Origin: an uncultured virus (IMG/VR IMGVR_UViG_3300042016_000026)
Taxonomy: Duplodnaviria > Heunggongvirae > Uroviricota > Caudoviricetes > Schitoviridae
Virus record (IMG/VR): IMGVR_UViG_3300042016_000026
Length of the DNA: 64,000 nt
Strand: one strand, 5' to 3'
Made by a program: the position numbers and the translations under genes. This document shows, piece after piece, positions 8,700 through 16,403 of the stretch; the stretch's first letter is position 1; each line of letters starts with the position of its first letter. The notes beneath the pieces are model-generated. The model ran no database searches, was not told where the DNA came from, and was given only the letters and a program-made list of their open reading frames with translations.

Positions 8700-8881
8700 A
8701 GCTGACCTCCGGGTAATGGCTTCACATTGTCGATTGATCGCCATTGCTCAACCCCATTGTGCAAACGTACCCAAATTTGGTTATCACGCACGATACGACG
8801 CGTGTTTGCGGGTGGTGCAATCACAGTAGCGATCTCATCCCCGCTCACGATCACACGTTGGCCTATTAAGTAGCTCATCAC
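8696..8881 (-). CDS. Small hypothetical protein
   Basis: 61 aa, beta-rich, SD present. Confidence 0.65.
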   Translation of the reverse strand: MMSYLIGQRVIVSGDEIATVIAPPANTRRIVRDNQIWVRLHNGVEQWRSIDNVKPLPGGQL

Positions 8882-8984
8882 TCATACCTCTGGTTTAGGC
8901 TACCGCAAGGCCCCAAAAGGGGCACATAGCAGTATGGTTTTCATCGCCGAAAAGGGCAATTATTGCATTGTTAGAATATCGGTT

Positions 8985-9275
8985 TCAGAACTTGAACAAG
9001 TTCACCTTTACACCCTGCGAACGCAGGTTGTTGTACTCGTTGATCGCACGACGCTCAGCCTCAGCCGGAGTTGTGCAAGCAGACTCCTTACGGATCACAA
9101 CCAGTCGCAGATCACGCATTAAAGCCTGTTGGATCGCACCATCCTGCAATAGTGCAGCTTGTTGCGTGCAGGTGGTCATGTTCTTGGCCATGGAGTCCAT
9201 TTCAGTATGGGACACTGCACATTGCATGTCACTGGAGAAGTTCATAACACAGGATACAAAGTAAGCGGCTAGCAT
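8985..9275 (-). CDS. Hypothetical early protein
   Basis: 96 aa ORF with SD. Confidence 0.7.
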   Translation of the reverse strand: MLAAYFVSCVMNFSSDMQCAVSHTEMDSMAKNMTTCTQQAALLQDGAIQQALMRDLRLVVIRKESACTTPAEAERRAINEYNNLRSQGVKVNLFKF

Positions 9276-9277
9276 GA

Positions 9278-9724
9278 TTATTCCTTAATCGATTGCATGT
9301 AATCGCCAAGCAAGTTGGCAATCGTTTCATCACTGGTTTGTGGTAGGCCAGCTTCAGCAATAGCCTCATGAATCTCATCAAATGAATGAGCGCAGTGATA
9401 CGCCGCTTCAATGATTAGGAACATGGCATCTTCTGCCCGAAGTTTGGCAATCAGCCCACGATAGAACGTGAGTTGATAATGCCGAAACTCCGGACTGAGC
9501 ACAGCCACTTGTTGTGGCATGGCCTTAATCTCACGTAAGTGGCAGGCCAATGTAACGTGATTGCCAATAGCAACACGGATTACACTCTGTGCCTCAAGGT
9601 TTTCAACCTCGGAGATATACTCACGGCGGCACATCCAATCAAGGTGACAGCACATATACATGCTGCTGTCAGGATCGCTATCGAGCAGGCTTAGGGCCAA
9701 CTCAAGTGTTTGTGAAACATGCAT
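9278..9724 (-). CDS. Hypothetical early protein
   Basis: ORF from MHVSQ. Confidence 0.7.
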   Translation of the reverse strand: MHVSQTLELALSLLDSDPDSSMYMCCHLDWMCRREYISEVENLEAQSVIRVAIGNHVTLACHLREIKAMPQQVAVLSPEFRHYQLTFYRGLIAKLRAEDAMFLIIEAAYHCAHSFDEIHEAIAEAGLPQTSDETIANLLGDYMQSIKE

Positions 9725-9726
9725 GG

Positions 9727-9948
9727 TTAAACCCTCTTGATGGCACACTTGATAAGGAAAGTGTCGAGCTGATCATGCAGACGCTTGGCGTCTTCTTTGT
9801 TCAGCATCACACTGATCTTTTGGTCTTGGGCATTGGTCATGACCAAGGCAAACTCCAACAAGGGAGGTCGTTCCACGTCAGTTACATACGCAACTAACGT
9901 GTCCTTGGGATTAACAGTGCAATGGTATTGCTCACTGATCTGAGGCAT
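9727..9948 (-). CDS. Hypothetical early protein
   Basis: 73 aa, AGGAG SD. Confidence 0.7.
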   Translation of the reverse strand: MPQISEQYHCTVNPKDTLVAYVTDVERPPLLEFALVMTNAQDQKISVMLNKEDAKRLHDQLDTFLIKCAIKRV

Positions 9949-9962
9949 GGAGATAACTCCTA

Positions 9963-10190
9963 TTATTCCGTGAGGAATTGACGTATTTGTTGAACATCTT
10001 CGAGTTGAACACCGATAAAGCCACGCTCATGGATATTGGCGAGAATGGCCTCATCTTTGCTGCCATACATCACTAACATACAACCAACCTTGGCCAATAC
10101 CGCAGACGCTTCGTCCATGTCCTGCGGCCATGCACCAGTTGCTTGGAACTGCGTCATAACTTGAACAGCGCGATCACCGATAACAGACAT
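9963..10190 (-). CDS. Hypothetical early protein
   Basis: 75 aa, AGGAG SD. Confidence 0.7.
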   Translation of the reverse strand: MSVIGDRAVQVMTQFQATGAWPQDMDEASAVLAKVGCMLVMYGSKDEAILANIHERGFIGVQLEDVQQIRQFLTE

Positions 10191-10205
10191 GGATATAACT
10201 CCTAT

Positions 10206-10382
10206 TTAACTGGCATCAAATGCATTGTATTCAGCAGAGCCGTACCAAAGCACGATGTAATCATCAGACATGTGATTCATTTGGCTTAACTCTTCACGGT
10301 AGCACCAAGTACCACAAGGCCAGACAATAATGTCTTCGAGTGAGTGAACAGGAGCCGATTCAGCAGGTTTGAGCATACGCAT
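10206..10382 (-). CDS. Small early protein (58 aa)
   Basis: Hand-translated: MRMLKPAESAPVHSLEDIIVWPCGTWCYREELSQMNHMSDDYIVLWYGSAEYNAFDAS; AGGGG SD. Confidence 0.7.
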   Translation of the reverse strand: MRMLKPAESAPVHSLEDIIVWPCGTWCYREELSQMNHMSDDYIVLWYGSAEYNAFDAS

Positions 10383-10393
10383 GGGAATACCCC

Positions 10394-10573
10394 TTAAAGT
10401 TGATGAGCTACTTGCTCAAGAAGTGTAATGGCTTGCTGAAGATGATCAGCACGCACAATGAACGCAGAACCATCAGCATCACTAGTTTCAGGTGACTTAC
10501 CCAATGCTTCCGCTAATTGATAAATCATATTGGGTGTCACGATAGCAGCAGTGTCAGGTTCATAAAGATTCAT
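10394..10573 (-). CDS. Small early protein (59 aa)
   Basis: Hand-translated MNLYEPDTAAIV...QVAHQL; same AGGGGTATTCCCATG leader as the adjacent gene. Confidence 0.65.
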   Translation of the reverse strand: MNLYEPDTAAIVTPNMIYQLAEALGKSPETSDADGSAFIVRADHLQQAITLLEQVAHQL

Positions 10574-10602
10574 GGGAATACCCCTAATTGACTAATTGAA
10601 TA

Positions 10603-10623
10603 CCAATACAGGCCCGATAGGGC
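10603..10623 (-). promoter_or_regulatory. Candidate vRNAP hairpin promoter (variant)
   Basis: CC-AATACA-G-GCCC-GATA-GGGC, same CC-n3-ACA spacing. Confidence 0.5.
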
Positions 10624-10624
10624 A

Positions 10625-10852
10625 TTAACTCAGCATAGTAGCAAGCAGAATGACTTCAGGCACCTCATCATCGGTGATTTGTTTGGCACAAATCTTTGGT
10701 GAGTTGGGTTTAATACAAGACCACATAAAGTTTTCATTCCACCAGTAATAGGCAACACCACCGTAATCATGCAGTGCATTAATCACATCCTCATGCAATG
10801 CCATGCATTCGAACGCTTTAACACTGCCATCGGATAACAACATGTATTCCAT
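10625..10852 (-). CDS. Small protein, C-terminal-motif family (outlying member)
   Basis: From MEYMLL with GAGG SD; ends EVPEVILLATMLS. Confidence 0.78.
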   Translation of the reverse strand: MEYMLLSDGSVKAFECMALHEDVINALHDYGGVAYYWWNENFMWSCIKPNSPKICAKQITDDEVPEVILLATMLS

Positions 10853-11185
10853 GATGAATACCTCAATAGATAACCGGTACATCACCGATAGGTGAAGATA
10901 CACCATAGGTGTGCATAGTATTGATGAATGGGGATGACAGGATACAGGAATGGGGAAACCATTCACTAACACAGCACAGATCCACACTCAACTCACTGCG
11001 TTCACTCCTAAACCTCCCCTATTTCTCCCCCTATGGGGAATCTGCCTCACTTTGCACTCGACGAGTGGTAATTGGACTGTTTATGGGAAGGGAGCCGAAG
11101 GCCGCGTGAGCGAAAGGGATCTTCCTCACCAACTGTCTAAAGGGGAGAGAGATGTGTGCTTTGTGTGTGATCTATGTGTGCTTTG

Positions 11186-11217
11186 AAAAAAGATGCCTCA
11201 CCTCCGCAGAGGTAAGG
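11186..11217 (-). terminator. Probable intrinsic terminator
   Basis: Hairpin CCTCACCTC-CGCA-GAGGTAAGG followed by a T6 run on the minus strand. Confidence 0.5.
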
Positions 11218-11308
11218 ACTTGGTGAAGACGGTATGCAGGTACCAACCAATAGCGATGACAGACCAGACGAAGGCACAGGACAAGGCAAGGGATTGCTCA
11301 AAGGACAC
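11198..11308 (-). CDS. Small hydrophobic peptide (36 aa)
   Basis: GTG start; MSFEQSLALSCAFVWSVIAIGWYLHTVFTKSLPLRR. Confidence 0.5.
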   Translation of the reverse strand: MSFEQSLALSCAFVWSVIAIGWYLHTVFTKSLPLRR

Positions 11309-11310
11309 GG

Positions 11311-11406
11311 TTATTCACCTAGATTGGTGGAGAACACCATGTACAGAGCAGTGGTACCAAGAACGACAGTAAAGCCGAGCAAGATAGCTTGATATGCTAA
11401 GGACAT
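11311..11406 (-). CDS. Small hydrophobic peptide (31 aa)
   Basis: AGGAG SD; MSLAYQAILLGFTVVLGTTALYMVFSTNLGE. Confidence 0.6.
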   Translation of the reverse strand: MSLAYQAILLGFTVVLGTTALYMVFSTNLGE

Positions 11407-11432
11407 GGGATTCTCCTAGTTACGAAGGGTGA

Positions 11433-11747
11433 TTATGCAGCTTTGGATTGCTTGGTGGGTTTATCGGCTTCAGCTTCGACCTTGAGTGCAGCCAGTTTGG
11501 CAGCGAGGTCAGAGGCAGAGATAGCAGACTCAGCAGCGCGGATACGGGAGTTGATGTCGTATTTACCACGGAGAGTGTCGAGTTTCTCGTTACGTTCGAG
11601 AGTAGCGATCTCGTTGAAGCCTTCGGCAGCACCTTCTACCCAAGAGGCAGAGTGAACAGCAGCGTTGGACAGCTTGGTACCAGCAGTGAACAGGTTGGTG
11701 AGCATCAGGAAGAACTGAGCAGCCATTGCAAAGAATTGTGCGAACAT
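11433..11747 (-). CDS. First early gene (N4 gp1-like position)
   Basis: 104 aa amphipathic helical protein; first gene downstream of two hairpin elements. Confidence 0.75.
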   Translation of the reverse strand: MFAQFFAMAAQFFLMLTNLFTAGTKLSNAAVHSASWVEGAAEGFNEIATLERNEKLDTLRGKYDINSRIRAAESAISASDLAAKLAALKVEAEADKPTKQSKAA

Positions 11748-11789
11748 GGTGTATCTCCAATCGATTGGTAAGGAAGGGCACCGAAGTAC

Positions 11790-11810
11790 CCCTCACATAG
11801 CCGAAGGCCT
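11790..11810 (-). promoter_or_regulatory. Candidate vRNAP hairpin promoter
   Basis: CC-CTCACA-TAGCC-GAA-GGCCT. Confidence 0.55.
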
Positions 11811-11902
11811 AGGTTAATAGATCCTCTACGTAATGGATGATAGCTAGCGTACAGAGCGCAGTGATCAGCATAAGTAAGGTCCATGGACAGTACAGGAGTG
11901 TA

Positions 11903-11923
11903 CCTGGACAGGGCCGCAGGCCC
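11903..11923 (-). promoter_or_regulatory. Candidate vRNAP hairpin promoter
   Basis: CC-TGGACA-GGGCC-GCA-GGCCC, perfect 5-bp stem with GNA triloop. Confidence 0.65.
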
Positions 11924-12134
11924 GTAAGGTAACAGAGGGTGGTGGGTGCTTGAGGAAAACTCAAAGGTGTAGACCCCGGGGGGGTATATCGGCTTGGGGG
12001 TCAGCCGTTACATATGTACTGCAAGCGTCAGTCTATGAGGAAATTCTACCCTACTGCGACGAATGGTATCTAGTCTTAGACGGTACAGCCTTTCTGTACC
12101 ATACTCCCCCATATCTCATTGACGGGTGGTTCCT

Positions 12135-12434
12135 ATGACTGTTCAACACTATTCGAAAGCGGGCAGCCCCTTCCAGTACATCGCTGCACGAATGGGCGGG
12201 CCATTTGATCCCTTACCTTCTTGGTTTCCGCTTTTGCAGCAAACCGGTAATCTAAGGTACGATAGCGAACATAACGTCGAGGTTCGTACGATTACGGGTG
12301 CTTGGCAGACTGTTCAGCAGGGTGATTGGGTGGTTCTGCAACGTGCAGACCCTAAAGCGGGTATTGGGTTCGATCAGTGCGCTGTGTGGCATGTCGAGCA
12401 TGAAGACTTCATAAAATTATGGAATGCGATATGA
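12135..12434 (+). CDS. Hypothetical protein
   Basis: First gene of the late block, from MTVQHY; ATGA coupled to next gene. Confidence 0.7.
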   Translation: MTVQHYSKAGSPFQYIAARMGGPFDPLPSWFPLLQQTGNLRYDSEHNVEVRTITGAWQTVQQGDWVVLQRADPKAGIGFDQCAVWHVEHEDFIKLWNAI

Positions 12435-12829
12435 CTAAAGCAGTTTGGATGCACCACGGCCCCTTTCCCAGTGAATCGGTGTTTGTGCCGAACAAGGTGG
12501 AGTGGAAGAAGCTGATGCGCAAGCTGAAGGCGGAAGATGAGCCGTATCCTGTGAAAGACGCCTGTGTCACAACGTTCTTCGAATCCCCGCTTGGTCGGGT
12601 GCGTGTGTTGACGGTCGGGGATCATCTGACCAAGAAGTGCACGCCGCTGCGCTTGGCTGCGTTGATTGCGCATGAGGTGCAGCATATCTGGCAGGGTATC
12701 AAGGTAGACGCCGGGGAGACTGAGCCGGGCAGTGAATGTGAGGCTTACATGGTGCAATGGTTGCTGACCCAGGCGCTTGAAGCGTTTGAGGCCACGCGGT
12801 TCAAATTGTTTAAGGGGGCGGCAGCATGA
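12431..12829 (+). CDS. HExxH-motif protein (zincin-like)
   Basis: IAHEVQH...ECEAY. Confidence 0.6.
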   Translation: MTKAVWMHHGPFPSESVFVPNKVEWKKLMRKLKAEDEPYPVKDACVTTFFESPLGRVRVLTVGDHLTKKCTPLRLAALIAHEVQHIWQGIKVDAGETEPGSECEAYMVQWLLTQALEAFEATRFKLFKGAAA

Positions 12830-13512
12830 CTACTGCATTAACACCAGATGAATTCAAGATGGTGCTTCCGGCACAGTTCCGGGGGAATGTGACACAAGAG
12901 GTCATGGATGGGGTCAATGCGTTGTTGGCTGACCCTAACTTGGCCGAAGCTTACCGTGAGCGCATGATTGGGCATACGTCTGTGCTGCGTGAGGGTAAGT
13001 TCAAGCTTGAGAGTTATCTCGGTGCCGTGAAGTACGTCACGCAGAAGATGATGAACAAGAGCAATCTGGATGCGTACATTGCGACCTTTCCTGATAAATA
13101 TCAGGACTTTGTTGCGCGAGGCGTAAGCCAGAAGGATATCAGCTCCTATGTGTCGGCTTTTAACAAGTCGAAGCTGGTGACGTTGATCATGGAGCAGGCG
13201 TTGATCCCTGCGTGGATCGGCAATCAGGACATGTACCAGCAGGCGTTGAATGCGCAGTTTGACCTGGGTATGAATGCGTCCAGTGAGAAGGTGCGCGTGG
13301 AGGCGCTCAACAGTGTGCTGTCGCAGTTGAAGCAGCCGGAGAAGACCAAGATCACGCTGGATGTCAGCGAGGAAGTGGGCGATACCATGGGTGCTGTGCG
13401 TAAGCAGATGCAGGATCTGGCCGAGCAACAGCGGCAGTTCATTGAGGGTGGTTTCGGTAATGCCAAAGAGGTCGCGGCTCAGCGCCTTCCATTTGAGATT
13501 ACCCAACAATGA
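12826..13512 (+). CDS. Putative terminase small subunit (N4 gp69-like)
   Basis: 228 aa helical protein directly upstream of and coupled to TerL. Confidence 0.7.
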   Translation: MTTALTPDEFKMVLPAQFRGNVTQEVMDGVNALLADPNLAEAYRERMIGHTSVLREGKFKLESYLGAVKYVTQKMMNKSNLDAYIATFPDKYQDFVARGVSQKDISSYVSAFNKSKLVTLIMEQALIPAWIGNQDMYQQALNAQFDLGMNASSEKVRVEALNSVLSQLKQPEKTKITLDVSEEVGDTMGAVRKQMQDLAEQQRQFIEGGFGNAKEVAAQRLPFEITQQ

Positions 13513-15173
13513 ATGTCACCGAAATGGAAGTCGCGGTTGATGATGTGTATCAATCTGTTGATGGTTGGCTTGATGGGGTCGATTACTCCATGGACCCGAC
13601 CTATGTGCCGTCGCAGTTCGCTTTGGAGTTCGTGACGTTCATTAAGCTGGTAAACGGTGGGCAAGGCGAGGAAAACGAAACACCTGTGCTGCACTTGCAC
13701 ATGCTCGACGAGATTGAGTTCGTTGAGTACGACGAGAAGGGTGAAGTTAACCGATTCCCCCGCATTGCCAACATGGTGTTCCGTGGTGCGGCAAAGACCA
13801 CGCTTATGGGCGAATACCTGTTCCTTTACATCGGAATGTACGGGGGGCTGCCGAACTTCGGCAAGATCGAGCTGGCTCTGTACGTTTCCGACAGTATGGA
13901 GAACGGCGTTAAGAACATGCGCAAGAACTTGGAGTTTCGCTATGAGAATAGCGATTTCCTCAAGAAGTACATGCCAGCCAAGTCCGCGGACAACCCGGGG
14001 GGTACCGACTTCACCGATATCCGCTGGAAGTTTGTGAACCTGGACGGCAACGTGTTTATCGTCAAAGGCTACGGCGCCAAGACCGGTGTCCGGGGTTCCA
14101 AGGAAATGGGTAAGCGCCCGCGTCTTGCGGTGCTCGATGACTTGATTTCCGATGATGATGCACGTTCGCCGACGGTTATTGCCGCCGTAGAGGATACAAT
14201 CTACAAAGCGGTGGACCACGCCCTGCATCCGCAGCGAAACATGATCATCTGGTCGGGTACACCCTTCAACGCCAAAGATCCACTGTATAAAGCGGTGGAA
14301 TCGGGGGCTTGGCGGGTCAACGTGTACCCTGTGTGCAATCAGTTCCCTTGTGCGGAAGAAGACTTCCTTGGTGCCTGGCCCGACCGCTTCCCGTACAGCT
14401 TCGTGAAGAAGAAGTTCGATACGGCAATGAAGGTGGGTAAGGTCGACACATTCAACCAAGAACTGATGCTTCGCATCATGTCCGACGAAGATCGTCTGAT
14501 TCAGGACGGCGAGATCAGTTGGTACCGCAAGAAGAACGTGTTGCAGTTCAAATCGAACTTCAACTTCTACATCACCACCGACTTCGCGACATCCGAGAAG
14601 CAATCGGCGGACTTCAGCGTAATCTCGGTGTGGGCGTACAACTACAACGGTGATTGGTACTGGGTGGACGGTATCTGCCGACGGCAGGACATGTCGGCTA
14701 ACCTGACTGACCTTTTCACCTTGGTTTCGAAGTGGCGGCCTTTGGGTGTTGGTATCGAGGTATCTGGTCAGCAATCTGGTTTCATTCCTTGGATTCAGGA
14801 CATGATGATCCAGAAGAACATCTTCTTCGTGCTGACGTCCGAGAACAACAGCACCAAGCCGGGTATTCGACCGAACACCAACAAGATGCAGCGATTCAAC
14901 ACGGTTGTGCCACTTTTCAAGCTGCACAAGATATATTTCCCCGAAGAGGACAAGACTGGTTCAGTCATGATGGAAATGGTCAACGAGTTGAGTCTTGCCT
15001 CGGCAAGTGGCTTCCGTTCGAAGAAAGACGACTTCATTGACACGATCTCGATGCTTTCGGTCATGCGCCCGGTCGCACCGACCTCTCAGGACATTGAGCA
15101 GCGCGAAGGGGGTGGAATGTGGGATGATGACTACGTTCCGGAGCCCGGGGCACTGGCCAACTACTTAGCGTGA
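13509..15173 (+). CDS. terL: Terminase large subunit
   Basis: FRGAAKTT Walker A-like, LAVLDDL Walker B, nuclease TTDFA...ADFS and KDDFID motifs. Confidence 0.95.
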   Translation: MNVTEMEVAVDDVYQSVDGWLDGVDYSMDPTYVPSQFALEFVTFIKLVNGGQGEENETPVLHLHMLDEIEFVEYDEKGEVNRFPRIANMVFRGAAKTTLMGEYLFLYIGMYGGLPNFGKIELALYVSDSMENGVKNMRKNLEFRYENSDFLKKYMPAKSADNPGGTDFTDIRWKFVNLDGNVFIVKGYGAKTGVRGSKEMGKRPRLAVLDDLISDDDARSPTVIAAVEDTIYKAVDHALHPQRNMIIWSGTPFNAKDPLYKAVESGAWRVNVYPVCNQFPCAEEDFLGAWPDRFPYSFVKKKFDTAMKVGKVDTFNQELMLRIMSDEDRLIQDGEISWYRKKNVLQFKSNFNFYITTDFATSEKQSADFSVISVWAYNYNGDWYWVDGICRRQDMSANLTDLFTLVSKWRPLGVGIEVSGQQSGFIPWIQDMMIQKNIFFVLTSENNSTKPGIRPNTNKMQRFNTVVPLFKLHKIYFPEEDKTGSVMMEMVNELSLASASGFRSKKDDFIDTISMLSVMRPVAPTSQDIEQREGGGMWDDDYVPEPGALANYLA

Positions 15174-15180
15174 GGCAACA

Positions 15181-15846
15181 ATGAAACTGTCCTATATCTT
15201 CAGCCAACTGGAAACCAGTGAGCTGAAACAACTGAGCTGTATCGATCCTGCCACCGGCAAGATCAAGGCTGAGCAGTACCAGGGTATCGTCGATGTGATG
15301 AACCAAGGGCTGGTCGACCTGCACACGCGCTTTGACCTGAAGATCGGCAAGGTCGAGGTACCGATTGATCCACTGGTTTCGGTGTACGACATGACCGCGG
15401 TAGACCCGCAGGTGCGTGGCCGATTCCTGCAATTGCACAAGGTGACCGATGAAGAAGGTCGTGATCTGCAGGTCAACGCCTTCACCGATTACTCGCTGAG
15501 CTTCCGCAATCAGTTCGTGTTCGAGGTGCCGGAGTATCTGCGTACGGTGCATCCGCTGGTACGCGTGAATGTCCTGTACCGCTCGCTGCCGACCAAGATC
15601 GGTGACTGCTACGGCGATATCGATCCGGAGCTGGTCGAGGTAGACCTACCGATAGCCTACGTCTGGGCACTGTGCCTGTATCTAGCCAGTCGATTGCACA
15701 CACCGGTCGGTTTGCAGGATGGAACTTACCGTGTGAATGCGTTCCTTGGGCTATACAACGCCGAATGCACTCGACTGGAGGAATTCGGTATGGATCTGGA
15801 CTTCCAACGGGATCTGGGCCAACTCCGACGGGGGGGTTGGGCATAA
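15181..15846 (+). CDS. Virion structural protein (N4 gp67-like adaptor)
   Basis: Position after TerL; MKLSYIFSQL...ELKQL N-terminus typical of this family. Confidence 0.7.
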   Translation: MKLSYIFSQLETSELKQLSCIDPATGKIKAEQYQGIVDVMNQGLVDLHTRFDLKIGKVEVPIDPLVSVYDMTAVDPQVRGRFLQLHKVTDEEGRDLQVNAFTDYSLSFRNQFVFEVPEYLRTVHPLVRVNVLYRSLPTKIGDCYGDIDPELVEVDLPIAYVWALCLYLASRLHTPVGLQDGTYRVNAFLGLYNAECTRLEEFGMDLDFQRDLGQLRRGGWA

Positions 15847-15849
15847 AAC

Positions 15850-15880
15850 AAAAAAGGAGCCAATCGGCTCCTTTCTTTTT
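15850..15880. terminator. Bidirectional intrinsic terminator
   Basis: A6-GGAGCC-AATC-GGCTCC-TTTCTTTTT between convergent genes. Confidence 0.8.
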
Positions 15881-15940
15881 GAATAGGTGGCGGGATTACG
15901 CTCCCGCCTGTTCGCTCCACTCTTTGCAGTGGCGCAGAAT

Positions 15941-16366
15941 TTATTTTCCGGTAGAACCGAAGCCGCCCGCACCGCGGTCGCTTGATTCACTGAATTCGCT
16001 TACAAATTGCAACTCTGGTGTCGCAACTGGCACAACAACGAACTGAAACAGGCGCTCGCCTGCTGCCCACTGCACATAATCCCCTGAACGTCCTTGAACG
16101 TTCACCTTCCATTCGCCTTCGTAGTCGGAATCGATCACGCCACAGGTATTACCCAGGCGGATGCCCGACTTCACGCCTGCACCCGAGCGCGGCAGAATAA
16201 GGGCAACATGCCCGGCCGGAACCTTGGCTGCGAAGCCAAGTCCCTGCAATTCTGCATTACCGCTCACGGATGTACCGGCTTTAGGCATATACAGGTCATA
16301 ACCCGCAGCACCTTCCGTTCCGCGAGTTGGTGTGATCAAATCCGGGTGAAGTTTGATGATTTCCAC
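15941..16366 (-). CDS. dut: Trimeric dUTPase
   Basis: AAGYDL, PRSG, GVIDSDYEGE and RGAGGFGSTG motifs; GTG start. Confidence 0.95.
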   Translation of the reverse strand: MEIIKLHPDLITPTRGTEGAAGYDLYMPKAGTSVSGNAELQGLGFAAKVPAGHVALILPRSGAGVKSGIRLGNTCGVIDSDYEGEWKVNVQGRSGDYVQWAAGERLFQFVVVPVATPELQFVSEFSESSDRGAGGFGSTGK

Positions 16367-16403
16367 TATGATGCTTCCCTTTACTGGTTTAGGAGATGTG
16401 CCA

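Noticed and set aside
11091..11104. GCC-GAA-GGC hairpin as a fifth vRNAP promoter
   Set aside because: Only a 3-bp stem and no CC-n3-ACA context
15884..15940. Hairpins resembling a tRNA fragment
   Set aside because: No cloverleaf or T-loop; more likely terminator or stability hairpins for the dUTPase transcript
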